This document shows positions 53,197-63,296 of a stretch of 64,000 nt of DNA, piece by piece (the first letter of the stretch is position 1; every line of letters starts with the position of its first letter). Origin of the DNA: Sedimentisphaerales bacterium. Lineage in GTDB: Bacteria > Planctomycetota > Phycisphaerae > Sedimentisphaerales > Anaerobacaceae. The stretch is taken from contig OY970194.1 in assembly GCA_963708075.1 (NCBI GenBank), positions 6,528,001-6,592,000 on the forward strand, given 5' to 3'. The notes beneath the pieces were generated by a model. The model saw only the letters and a list, made by a program, of their open reading frames with translations, was not told where the DNA came from and searched no databases. The position numbers and the translations under genes are program-made.

Positions 53197-53610
53197 ATCT
53201 GCGGGCGAATAATGATTCGCCCCTACCGCGTTCGCGGGAATGACATAAGAGTTGATCTCTGCGTCCCTGCGTGAGATTGATCTTTTCGCATAGTTCGCGT
53301 CCCCCGATCGGGTCGACGGCGATGATTTCGCGGTTGAAGAGGAATACAACGCGTGGGTTGAAGAACCCACCCTACAATCTGCGTTCATCGATGTTCGTGA
53401 CGAACGGGGGTCGGGGATCAGGTGTCAGGGATCGGGTTGAAATCCGTTTCCATCCGTGGAATCCGTGTCGAAGGGGACATCATAGGGGAGAGTCTATTTC
53501 ATCCTCGTACGATGGAGTGTTATACTGGCAGGAAATCAGGACTTGGGGTCATCTGTGGACCCGTCTCATTACTGTTGGGCGGATGTGACCATGTACGCGT
53601 GGAAAGGGAG

Positions 53611-54159
53611 ATGATTCAGCCGACGATCCAGTTGAGAGGCCTTCGGCTGCGGCCGCTGCGCGTTGAAGACGCCGAGGCGTGGCACGGCTACCTGAGCGAT
53701 CCGCTGGTGATCGAACGGACGAGCTATCCGATCATGTCGCCGGCTGACGTCGTGTCGATGATCGAGAGGCGTCTGGCGGAGTACGCCGCGGGCACGTCGT
53801 GTATCTGGGCGATCACCGCGGAAGATGACCGTCTGCTGGGAACGTGCGGCTTCCGCCGGCTGTCGAGGGCCGAGGGTGTGGCGGAGTTAGCCTACGACCT
53901 CGCGAGGGCGTGGTGGGGTCGGGGGTACATGTCGCAGGCGGTTGGGGCGTGCGTCGATTGGGTCTTCGGGTGGCCGGAATTCGACCGGGTTGAGGCCTGC
54001 GTCGTGGTGGGCAACCGGAGGTCCGAGCGGGTGCTCGAGCGAGCGGGGTTCAGCCGAAAGGCGATGCTCAAGGCGTACAGGATGTGTCGAGGCGAGCCCC
54101 GGGACTATAGTCTATTCAGCCTGTCCCGGGCGGAGTGGGCTGACGCCGGGACGCCATGA
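53611..54159 (+). CDS. GNAT N-acetyltransferase (RimJ/RimL-like)
   Basis: LRLRPL, AELAYDL..WWGRGYM, N.RSERVLERAGF. Confidence 0.9.
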   Translation: MIQPTIQLRGLRLRPLRVEDAEAWHGYLSDPLVIERTSYPIMSPADVVSMIERRLAEYAAGTSCIWAITAEDDRLLGTCGFRRLSRAEGVAELAYDLARAWWGRGYMSQAVGACVDWVFGWPEFDRVEACVVVGNRRSERVLERAGFSRKAMLKAYRMCRGEPRDYSLFSLSRAEWADAGTP

Positions 54160-54304
54160 TTGCGGATTTCGGATTGTAGATTGCGGATTGGAAAGGCGGG
54201 CCAAGCTCCTACGTTCCTACCCTCTCACCTTCAGCCATCTTCTCTCCGTGGCCTCGGTGAGCTCCGTGGTGAAAAACATAGTGCTGGTTGTTTGTTGAGC
54301 GGGA

Positions 54305-54644
54305 CCGGGGCATCTACCAGATGGCATCACCACTCTGCACTGTCCTCTTCAGACGCTAGGTTGCGGTGCAACCTAGCGCCTCAGAGTGGTCCCCCATGTG
54401 GCACCTCTTGTTTTCCTTTCTTCTTTCCTGGCTGCGTTCCTCCCATCCATCCGCTGTGTCCTGGCGTCCCCATTCGACTGCGCTCAGAGCCGATCCTGCG
54501 CTTCGCCGAAGGGGCAGGTTCTGCGTGAGAGAATCTATGCAGTTTTCGCGTGGTTCGCGTCTTTCGCGGTTGAAAAATGGTTGTTGGTTGGTGGTTCTAA
54601 GTCGAGCACCCTTCGTGCAGTTCTTCGTGCTCTTCGTGGTGAAA
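54305..54644. repeat. ~340-bp direct repeat, copy 2
   Basis: Contains the hairpin CGCTAGGTTGC-GGT-GCAACCTAGCG. Confidence 0.85.
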
Positions 54645-54748
54645 GCCTTGAAGAAGCTCGGTGGGCGGAGCCCTGGTTGTTCTACACTGATGCCATAACG
54701 GAAGATTCGCAGAGCCCATTTTCCGAGCCAGAAACCAAGCTTCGGATT

Positions 54749-55222
54749 GGGTGTGGTCGGAATTCGGTGGCGGCGTGTAGCCGCCGTGTGCGGACTGCGC
54801 CTCTTTCGTCCCTTACGGGACTGGCTTGGCTCTCGTCCTTGGCCCCGGTTCCCCAGCGATCAATCGCTGGGCTATTCTCTATCGCCCTGCGGGCTTGGAC
54901 TGCGCCCGGACGGGTTGATCACTATCCCACAGGCGTTGCGGCTATTTTCTATCGCCCTCCGGGCGTCGACTGCGTCATGGCTGAGCTTCGTGATACTGCC
55001 AAATTGAAGGCTATTCTCTATTGCCCTGCGGGCTTGGACTTCGCTCCAGTCCTCTTGCGTCGGCCCGTCCGCCCCACGGGGGCGATCGACACTAGCCCAC
55101 CGTTTCAACGGTGGGTACGATAGTCAATCCTATCTCAAAGCCCCGTAGGGGCGAAAGAAGACCGGGCTGTGCTCTTGTGTCGGGTGGAATCCGAATCCGC
55201 CACCGAATGCCGACCGCACCCC
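54749..55222. mobile_element. MITE family A (long form)
   Basis: Inverted near-copy of 37-506; no TSD visible. Confidence 0.8.
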
Positions 55223-55370
55223 GCCGGGGCCGCTGCGCCGAGATGTGTAGAACAACCAGGGCGGAGCCCACCCTACCGGCTTCCGCCGAAGCCGTGCGCA
55301 GTTCAATCCCTCTGCGTGCCTCTGTGGCCTTCGCGGTTTCAATATCGGCGTTCATTGGGTGCGTCAGGGG

Positions 55371-56168
55371 CTATTTGATCCCCAGGACATCGGCCATGGA
55401 GTAGAGGGCGGGGGGCTTGTTGACCAGCCATTCGGCGGCTCGCAGGGCACCCCGGACGAAGGTGTCGCGGCTGTGGGCGGTGTGGTTCAGGGTGATCGTT
55501 TCGCCCAGGGCGCCGTAGATCACCGAGTGAACTCCTGTGATATCGCCGGCGCGGACGGCGTGCATGCCGATTGTGCCTTTCTTTCGCAGGGCGTCTTTAC
55601 CGGCCCGGCCGTGAGTGAGGCTGTCGGGGTAGGGCCGGCCGGTGGCTTGGCAGATCTTCTGGGCCAGGGTCAGGGCGCTGCCGCTGGGGGCATCCTTCTT
55701 GAAACGGTGGTGCTCCTCGATGATTTCGATGTCGTAGTCCTCGCCGAGCATGGCGGCGGCCTTGCCGACGAGCGAGAACAGGACGTTCATGCCGACGCTC
55801 ATGTTCGTGCCGTAGAGGATGGGGATCTTGCCGGCGGCGGCTTTGATCGCGTCCTGCTGGGCGTTGCTCAGGCCGGTCGTTCCCATGACCAGGGGGGTGC
55901 CATTTGCCGAGCATTTGGCTATGGTATCGTTGGCGGCCTCCGGCATGGAGAAGTCGATGGCTACGTCTGCCTTGGCGGGCCAGGCGCTGTTTATGGCGAG
56001 ATCGAGGCGTCCGATCCCCGCCAGAAGGCCCGCATCTTTGCCCGCGTCCGGGTGATCCGCCTTTTCGATAGCGCCAACGACGTTAAATCGTCCGGATTCC
56101 GCGGCCAAGGCAACAATTCGCCGGCCCATCCGGCCCGCCGCACCCACAACCACCAACTTTAGTCCCAT
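55371..56168 (-). CDS. dapB: 4-hydroxy-tetrahydrodipicolinate reductase
   Basis: GAAGRMG, IDFS, GTTG, EEHHRFKKDAPSGSA. Confidence 0.97.
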   Translation of the reverse strand: MGLKLVVVGAAGRMGRRIVALAAESGRFNVVGAIEKADHPDAGKDAGLLAGIGRLDLAINSAWPAKADVAIDFSMPEAANDTIAKCSANGTPLVMGTTGLSNAQQDAIKAAAGKIPILYGTNMSVGMNVLFSLVGKAAAMLGEDYDIEIIEEHHRFKKDAPSGSALTLAQKICQATGRPYPDSLTHGRAGKDALRKKGTIGMHAVRAGDITGVHSVIYGALGETITLNHTAHSRDTFVRGALRAAEWLVNKPPALYSMADVLGIK

Positions 56169-56245
56169 CTGAGACTCCTTGTACCCATAACGGCTCACGT
56201 TTTGGCAGGAATATACCCTATATGTGCCGAGTTGACAAGCTTCAA

Positions 56246-56426
56246 GGGTGCGGCCGGAATACGGTGGCGATTGGCGCCACTCTTCGTAGGGTGAGCGTCC
56301 CCGCTCGCCCCTCCTGTCGTCTGGCCCCGCACCACACCCTGTCGATTGCAAGTCCCTACAATGGACGAGCGGGGACGCTCGTCCTACGCGGAGATCTGAA
56401 TTCGCCACCGAATGCCGGCCGCACCC
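56246..56426. mobile_element. MITE family A (short form)
   Basis: TIR GGGTGCGGCCGG / CCGGCCGCACCC; 8-bp TSD AGCTTCAA (56238-56245, 56427-56434). Confidence 0.85.
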
Positions 56427-57068
56427 AGCTTCAAGCGAAGTCCTGTCCAGGGAGAACAAGGCTGCCTGTAAACCGTACTATATATTGAGTTTTTGGCCGG
56501 TGAGCCCACAATTCACGAGATTGAGGTACTTTCTCGCGGTATCAGTATATATCACCGCTGCGGTGAGGTTTTCACCTGTTCGATTCTGTTCTTGCATCCC
56601 TCGGAGTGAAGATGGCAACCTGTCATCCTGCATCCTTGGGTGTTATGGGACGCAGTGGGTCTGAGGCCGGCAACTCAACGTGCTACTTGGGTGGTAGGCC
56701 AAAGCCGTCCCGAAAAGGGCAAAATCTGCAAAAAAGTTATTGCCACCGGCGGGTCGGACGATTAATATAATTGCTTTGATCAGTAGGACTAATGGCTGCC
56801 ACAGCCGTAGGCACGCTTCGAAAAGGTGCATGGAATGATTTTGACTGGACGTGTATAACGGTGCAGCGGCATAGGGATATAAAGTATGCAGAGTGCTGCA
56901 TTTGTGACCAGAGGATGGCTGTGGATCTGACGTTTCTGCTTGAGTATCGGAATGCCAGCGGGGTTGATGAGGTTTGGCTGGCTGAACAGGTGAAGGGCCA
57001 AACCAGCTATCGGAGGCGACAGATGTAGGCAAGAGGTAGATGACAACCTCGATTGGCAGGGGATACTG

Positions 57069-57101
57069 GAGTGGAAACGAGTTTGGTTTCCATTTTTTTT
57101 T
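57069..57101 (+). promoter_or_regulatory. Terminator-like hairpin in the nusA leader
   Basis: TGGAAAC..GTTTCCA followed by a long T run, ~75 nt upstream of nusA. Confidence 0.55.
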
Positions 57102-57174
57102 GTATCGTGAAAAGCCGCCATCGGGCGGATAAGCGTCGGAGATGCGCTGTGTTGTAGGTAGAGAGAGCCAGATC

Positions 57175-58413
57175 ATGAACCAGGAACTGTTACGGATCGT
57201 CGAGAACATAGCCCGGGACAAGAACATCGACAAGGAGTCGATCTTCTCGGATTTGGAGGAAGCCATGGGCGCGGCAGTGCGGAAGCACTTCGGCGAACCG
57301 GACAGTGCGATTGTCGTTCAGATCGATCGAGCCACAGGAAAAGTCAGCGCAAGCAAGAACAGTGAGCCCATCGATATCAAGCGTCTGGGGCGCATCCCCG
57401 CGCAGACCGCCAAGCAGGTGATGATCCAGAAGATCCGCGCGGACGAGCGGGACAGCATCTTCAGCGAGTTTGCCCAGCGCAAAGGCCAGCTCATCAGCGG
57501 CAGCGTGGTTCGCTACGAGGGGGGAACGCTGATCGTCAGCCTGGACCACTGGACCGAGGGGTTCATGCCGAAGGGCGAGCAGATCATGGGCCAGACGCAT
57601 CGGCCCGGCGAGAGGATCCGCTGCCTGATCCTGGACGTGAAGGAAACCGCCAGTCAGGTGAAGATCATCCTGTCGCGGACGCACCCTGACTTTATCCGGC
57701 GGCTGTTCGAGTCGGAGGTCCCGGAGATCGCCGAGGGGATCATCGAGATTCGTGCCCTGGCCCGTGAGGCCGGGTATCGCAGTAAAGTGGCCGTCACATC
57801 GTACGACGATAAGGTGGACCCGGTCGGCGCCTGTGTAGGCGTCCGGGGAAGCCGGATCAAGAACATCGTCGACGAGCTTGGCGGCGAAAAGATAGATATC
57901 GTTCGGTGGAACGACTCGTCTCAGACTTTGGTGGCCAACGCACTGATGCCGGCCAAAGTCAGTGAAATTGCCTTATGCTTCGAGTTGGGTCGGGCCACAG
58001 TCGTAGTGGAGGAAGATCAACTCAGTCTGGCCATCGGCAAGCACGGCCAGAACGTTCGTTTGGCAGCACGGCTGACCGGGTGGGATATCGATATCCTGAC
58101 GCCTGACGAATACAACCAGGGCATCGAACGCCTGGCAACGTGTGTCAAGAGTGTGGAGGGAGCAGATGAAGTACTTGTGGACAAGCTCATCGCGCTGGGC
58201 ATTATCTCTGTCCTCGATCTGTCCGACGTGGGGTCCGAGCCCCTGGTCGGCGAATTGAAGCTGGACGCCGAGTTCGCCGAACGGCTGGTGGATGCCGCGG
58301 AAAAAGCGGCCAAAGCCGCCGCCGCCGCAGAATCCGAACGAAAGCAGGCGGAGCGGGAACCGGCCCAGCAGGGCAGGACATTGAATGCAGCGACTGAAGA
58401 GCGAGATGACTAG
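57175..58413 (+). CDS. nusA: Transcription termination factor NusA
   Basis: GRIPAQTAKQV, REAGYRSKVAV, DPVGACVGVRGSRI, LAIGKHGQNVRLA. Confidence 0.98.
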   Translation: MNQELLRIVENIARDKNIDKESIFSDLEEAMGAAVRKHFGEPDSAIVVQIDRATGKVSASKNSEPIDIKRLGRIPAQTAKQVMIQKIRADERDSIFSEFAQRKGQLISGSVVRYEGGTLIVSLDHWTEGFMPKGEQIMGQTHRPGERIRCLILDVKETASQVKIILSRTHPDFIRRLFESEVPEIAEGIIEIRALAREAGYRSKVAVTSYDDKVDPVGACVGVRGSRIKNIVDELGGEKIDIVRWNDSSQTLVANALMPAKVSEIALCFELGRATVVVEEDQLSLAIGKHGQNVRLAARLTGWDIDILTPDEYNQGIERLATCVKSVEGADEVLVDKLIALGIISVLDLSDVGSEPLVGELKLDAEFAERLVDAAEKAAKAAAAAESERKQAEREPAQQGRTLNAATEERDD

Positions 58414-58427
58414 AACGTGGAGGTTCT

Positions 58428-61142
58428 TTGGCTACTACGAGAGTTTACATATTAGCGAAGGAGCTCGGAGTTAAGAGCGCCTCGATTGTGAAGAAGTGCC
58501 AGGACGAAGGCCTGGATGTAAGGAATCATATGGCCACCATTTCCGCGGGGTTGGCGGCCACGATTCGGGAGTGGTTCAGTGAGGGTGAGAATGTGACAAC
58601 CGTCGAGACGGCGGAAAAGGTGCACCTGGACGAGGTTCGCGTTCGAAAGCGACCGCAGCGTAAGAAGCTCCTCGACGGCGAGGAAGAGTTCGAAACCGAG
58701 GAGATCGAAGAGTCTGTGGCCGAGGTGGCCCAGGCGGTTGCGGAACCCCTGTCGCAGGTAGAAACGCCGACAGAGGAAACGACGGAAGCGGCGGAGATGG
58801 AGATTCCCCAGCCGGGGATAGAGGTGGTCGAGACGCCGCCGACCGCTCCTGTGGCGACGAGCGCCGTCATCGAGGAGTTGCCCGCTGAACCGCAAGTCAA
58901 GGCGCCTCCCAAGGTCGAGGAGAAGAAGATCGAGGTCAGGCCCGAGTTGGATGTCAAGCCGGCGGGCCCGATGCTCGAGAGGCCTACACCCGCAAAACTG
59001 AGTGGTCCGCAGATCGTTCGCGTGGAGGCGCCGGAAGTGATGGATCGTCCTCGCCCGCGGTTCAAGCCTCGGCATGAGAGAGCCGTTACGGAACCCTTGA
59101 TGTACGGCGGCGGTGCGAAAGCAAAAGCGGAACCAGCCACTGCCGGTGCCGCTGCCGCCGACAAGAAAAAGCACAAGGATCGGACGCACGGCCGCAGAAA
59201 AGATGAGACCGACGACGAAGCTCAGAAGAAGGCCAAGCTGCGGACGAAATGGCGGCAGAGGGATATTGAAGAGAGGCAGGCCCGGCTGACCGCCGCAGGT
59301 GGCGAGGGGCTTCGCATTCGTCCGTCGCGCAAGGTCACGTCGAAGGCCCAGCGTGAGGCCGCCGGCCCGGTCCGGCCCAAGAGAATCAACATCAATGAGC
59401 CGATCACGGCCAAGGACCTCGCTTTGGCTCTCGGCGTCAAGGCCACCGACGTCATCGGCAAGCTGATCCAGCAGGGCACGATGGCCACAGCCAATCAGAC
59501 GATCAGCAACGAAGTGGCCGAGTTGGTCGCCCTGGAGTTCGACACGGAACTCGTCGTCGAGCAGAGAACCACACTGGAGGAAGATATCCAAAAGGAATTC
59601 GAAGCCCGCGAGCGCAAGAATCTGACAAGACGGGCCGTGGTGGCCGCCATGCTCGGGCACGTGGACCACGGCAAAACGAGTTTGTTGGACCGGATCCGGC
59701 AGACCCATGTGGCCGCCGGAGAAGCCGGCGGCATCACGCAGCACATCGGCGCTTCCCAGGTCAGTTGGGACACCAAGACGGTCACGTTCCTCGACACGCC
59801 GGGCCACGAGGCATTCACCGCCATGCGGGCTCGGGGTGCGAACATGACGGATATCGTCGTCTTGACGGTCGCCGCGAACGACGGCGTGATGCCCCAGACC
59901 GTGGAGGCCATCGCGCACAGCAAGGCGGCGGGCGTGCCGATTGTCGTGGCTCTGAACAAGATCGATCTGCCGGGCCTCGACATCAATCGGATCTACGCGC
60001 AGTTGTCCGAGCACGGTCTGACTCCCACCGAGTGGGGCGGCGATACGGAAGTTGTCAAGACCAGCGCGGTCACCGGCCAGGGCATCAGCGATCTCCTGGA
60101 GGCGCTGGACTACGTGGCGGAACTGCGTGACCTGAAGGCGGACGACACCATCCCGGCGACCGGCTGGGTGGTGGAGGCCAAATTGTCATCCCAGCAGGGC
60201 CCGGTGGCGACGGTCCTGATCAAAGAAGGCCAGCTCAGCCGCGGCGACGTGATTCTGGCAGGCAAAACCTACGGCCGCGTGAAAGCGATGAGGGACAGTT
60301 ACGGCCGCGAGATCAAAGTGGCCACCAGTTCCATGCCCGTCGAGATCGTCGGGCTCAACGGTGTGCCCCAGGCGGGCGACCGGTTCTATTGCCTGGACGA
60401 CCTGAACCGGGCCAAGGCGGTCGCCGAAGAGGGCCGGCTTCTTCAGAGGGAGCGGTCCCTGGCCGAGCGAACCCAGGTCACCATGGAAAACCTGTTCAGC
60501 CAGATTGCGGCCGGCAAGGTCAAGGATCTGAATCTGATCATCCGGGCGGACGTGCAGGGGTCGGTGGACGTGCTGAAGAAGTACCTGTCCGAGCTCAGTA
60601 CGTCGGAAGTGAGGATCAATATCCTGCAGGCGATCACGGGCGGTATTACGGAAGGCGACGTGCTTCTGGCGGAGGCTTCCAACGCGATCATCATCGGCTT
60701 CAACGTCGTGGCGGATGAGCATGCCGCCAAGACGGCGGAGTCCGAAGGTGTCGATATTCGATTGTACAACATCATCTACCGGATCACCGAGGATCTGCAG
60801 AAATCCATGGTCGGGTTGCTGGAGCCGCAAGAGCAGGAGAGATCTCTCGGCCGAGTGGTTGTCCGGGCCACGTTCAAAGTCTCCCGAATCGGCACCGTGG
60901 CCGGCTGCTATGTCACCAGCGGCGTAGTGACCAAGAGTGCGAAGGCGCGGTTGATCCGCGACAATGTCATTGTCAGGGACGCTCTGACGATCGAGTCCTT
61001 GAAGCATGTCAAGGATGACGTCCGGGAGGTCAAGACAGGAATGGAATGCGGCATCAAGCTGGCCGGATTCGACGACATCAAAGTGGACGATGTGCTTGAT
61101 TTCTATGAGATCGTCAAGGTGGCCCGAACCCTTCAGGCATAA
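58428..61142 (+). CDS. infB: Translation initiation factor IF-2 (TTG start)
   Basis: [36 protein letters not shown]. Confidence 0.98.
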   Translation: MATTRVYILAKELGVKSASIVKKCQDEGLDVRNHMATISAGLAATIREWFSEGENVTTVETAEKVHLDEVRVRKRPQRKKLLDGEEEFETEEIEESVAEVAQAVAEPLSQVETPTEETTEAAEMEIPQPGIEVVETPPTAPVATSAVIEELPAEPQVKAPPKVEEKKIEVRPELDVKPAGPMLERPTPAKLSGPQIVRVEAPEVMDRPRPRFKPRHERAVTEPLMYGGGAKAKAEPATAGAAAADKKKHKDRTHGRRKDETDDEAQKKAKLRTKWRQRDIEERQARLTAAGGEGLRIRPSRKVTSKAQREAAGPVRPKRININEPITAKDLALALGVKATDVIGKLIQQGTMATANQTISNEVAELVALEFDTELVVEQRTTLEEDIQKEFEARERKNLTRRAVVAAMLGHVDHGKTSLLDRIRQTHVAAGEAGGITQHIGASQVSWDTKTVTFLDTPGHEAFTAMRARGANMTDIVVLTVAANDGVMPQTVEAIAHSKAAGVPIVVALNKIDLPGLDINRIYAQLSEHGLTPTEWGGDTEVVKTSAVTGQGISDLLEALDYVAELRDLKADDTIPATGWVVEAKLSSQQGPVATVLIKEGQLSRGDVILAGKTYGRVKAMRDSYGREIKVATSSMPVEIVGLNGVPQAGDRFYCLDDLNRAKAVAEEGRLLQRERSLAERTQVTMENLFSQIAAGKVKDLNLIIRADVQGSVDVLKKYLSELSTSEVRINILQAITGGITEGDVLLAEASNAIIIGFNVVADEHAAKTAESEGVDIRLYNIIYRITEDLQKSMVGLLEPQEQERSLGRVVVRATFKVSRIGTVAGCYVTSGVVTKSAKARLIRDNVIVRDALTIESLKHVKDDVREVKTGMECGIKLAGFDDIKVDDVLDFYEIVKVARTLQA

Positions 61143-61181
61143 GGGATGCCAGGCCGCCAACGTCAGAGAAAGAATAGTCCT

Positions 61182-61598
61182 ATGCCGACCCGAAGACAGG
61201 AAAAAGTCGCTCGCCTGGTGAAAGAGGTGGTCAGTGAGGCCATCCTCAGCCATCTGAGCGACCCGCGGATCACGGGGATCGTCAGCGTCACTCGCGTGGC
61301 CGTGACGCCGGATCTGCGCAATGCCGACGTGTACTTGAGCGTCTTTGGGACCAGCGACAGCGAGAAGGAGAGAACCTTTGAGGCGATCACCCACGCCAGG
61401 GCGAGAATCCAATCCCTTCTGGCGGCGGCGATACAGAGCAAGTTCTGCCCGACGCTTCGCTTCCACAAAGACGAGCAGTTCCAGAAAATGCTCGAGACCA
61501 TGCGACTGATCGACCAGGTGGCCAGCGAGCATCGCGATGAGGGCGGCAAGCCGGATGAGCAACAAGATGAGTCTTCGCGAACTCCTGATGGGTCCTGA
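61182..61598 (+). CDS. rbfA: Ribosome-binding factor A
   Basis: DPRI..VSVTRV.VTPDLR.A.VY..PTLRF; follows infB. Confidence 0.95.
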   Translation: MPTRRQEKVARLVKEVVSEAILSHLSDPRITGIVSVTRVAVTPDLRNADVYLSVFGTSDSEKERTFEAITHARARIQSLLAAAIQSKFCPTLRFHKDEQFQKMLETMRLIDQVASEHRDEGGKPDEQQDESSRTPDGS

Positions 61599-61667
61599 TC
61601 TGCTTCATCCTGCTGACGTACCCTGGACCTGTGAGGCCGTTGTTATGCCGCAGCGTTTGGAAGGGCC

Positions 61668-62339
61668 ATGAGAAAAAGCAGGGAATATGCCCAACGACTA
61701 CAGAGGCTCTATCGCGGCCTCAAGCGTGTGCACGCGAAGATCGAGCCGGTGATCCACGACGATCCGGTGGACGCACTGATCTATGGCGTCGTCAGCGAGA
61801 GGATGAGTGCTTCGGCCGCCGAGGCGGCCATGAAAGCGATCCGTAGAACGTTTGTCAGTTGGAACGACCTGCGCGTCTCCCGTCCGGAGGAGATCGTGGA
61901 GGCGCTGGGACATGATACGGCGGCGGGCAGGGACACGGCGTCCGTGCTTACCGCGGCGCTGCGGGCCGTCTTCGACGTACATCATACCGTAAGCCTGGAA
62001 GCCCTGAAGAAGCTGGGAAAGCGACCCGCCAGGCAGGCGATCGAGAAACTGGGCATCAGCCGCTTCACCGCGAACTACTGCATGCTGACGTCCATGGAGG
62101 CCCATGCCATTCCGTTGACCGAGCCGATGCTCGGCTATCTCAAGCACCACAAAGTTGTCGATGCCCAGGCCGACATGGAGGATATCGAAGGCTTCCTGAC
62201 GAGGCAGGTGCCCGCGAAGAAGGCGTATGAATTCTATGCCCTCTTGCGCGAGGAATGTGAGCACTGTAAACCCGCCGCCAGGAGATCGCCCGGAAAGGCC
62301 CGGCGCAAGACCGGAAAAGCGACAAAGGGCAGGAAGTAG
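61668..62339 (+). CDS. Degenerate endonuclease III/HhH-GPD-like protein
   Basis: DPVDALI..FVSWNDLRVS..EI; catalytic Lys/Asp and the full 4-Cys motif are not evident. Confidence 0.6.
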   Translation: MRKSREYAQRLQRLYRGLKRVHAKIEPVIHDDPVDALIYGVVSERMSASAAEAAMKAIRRTFVSWNDLRVSRPEEIVEALGHDTAAGRDTASVLTAALRAVFDVHHTVSLEALKKLGKRPARQAIEKLGISRFTANYCMLTSMEAHAIPLTEPMLGYLKHHKVVDAQADMEDIEGFLTRQVPAKKAYEFYALLREECEHCKPAARRSPGKARRKTGKATKGRK

Positions 62340-62386
62340 GTCCCCTACGGGCGACAGTGACGACACGAATCAGAGAAATGGAGACC

Positions 62387-63262
62387 ATGTCAGAACGAAT
62401 CCTGAAATTCGGCATCCCCGCCGGCAGTCTGCAGAAGGCCACGACCGACCTGTTCGAGAAGGCCGGGTTCAATATTTGCGACTCCAAACGGAACTATCAG
62501 CCGACGGTTGACGATGAGGAGATCCAACTGGTGTGTCTGCGCGCCCAGGAGATGGGGCGGTATGTGGGCGAAGGGGTCCTCGACGCGGGCATTACCGGGT
62601 ATGACTGGATCCGGGAGAATGCCTGTGAGGTCGTGGAGGTATGCGAGCTGCCGTACAGCAAGGCGACGAGCAATCCCACACGATGGGTGCTGGCCGTCCC
62701 GAACGAATCCCGCGTCACCCGGCCGGAGGACCTCCAGGGCGGTATCGTTGCCACCGAGCTGGTCAACGTGACCCGGCAATACTTCCAGGACCGCAAGATC
62801 GATGTGAAGATCGAGTTCAGTTGGGGGGCGACGGAAGTCAAAGCCCGCCTCATCGACGCCATCGTCGAGCTGACCGAGACGGGGACCTCGCTGCACGCCA
62901 ACAACCTGCGGGTCATCGATACCGTGGTCGTCTCCACGACGAGAATGATCGCCAATTGCACGGCCTGGCAGGACGCCTTCAAACACGAGAAGATCGAGAA
63001 CATTGCGATCCTGCTCCAGGCGGCGATCGAGGCGCGCCGCAAGGTCGGCCTGAAGATGAACATCCGCAAGGACAGCCTGGACACGATCCTCAAGATCCTG
63101 CCCGCCGAGAAGAGTCCCACGATCTCCAGTCTGGCCGACTCCAGGTATATTGCCATCGAGGTGATCGTGGACGATAATGTCGAGAGGACCCTGGTGCCCG
63201 CCCTCAAGAGGGCCGGAGCCAGCGGCATCATCACGTATCCGTTGAACAAGGTGATTCACTGA
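62387..63262 (+). CDS. hisG: ATP phosphoribosyltransferase (long form)
   Basis: RAQEM..DAGITGYDW, SWGATE, ETGTSL..NNL, SPTIS.L, GA.GII. Confidence 0.95.
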   Translation: MSERILKFGIPAGSLQKATTDLFEKAGFNICDSKRNYQPTVDDEEIQLVCLRAQEMGRYVGEGVLDAGITGYDWIRENACEVVEVCELPYSKATSNPTRWVLAVPNESRVTRPEDLQGGIVATELVNVTRQYFQDRKIDVKIEFSWGATEVKARLIDAIVELTETGTSLHANNLRVIDTVVVSTTRMIANCTAWQDAFKHEKIENIAILLQAAIEARRKVGLKMNIRKDSLDTILKILPAEKSPTISSLADSRYIAIEVIVDDNVERTLVPALKRAGASGIITYPLNKVIH

Positions 63263-63296
63263 TTCAAGCTTTGTTGTGTGAGTAGAGGAATATTCC

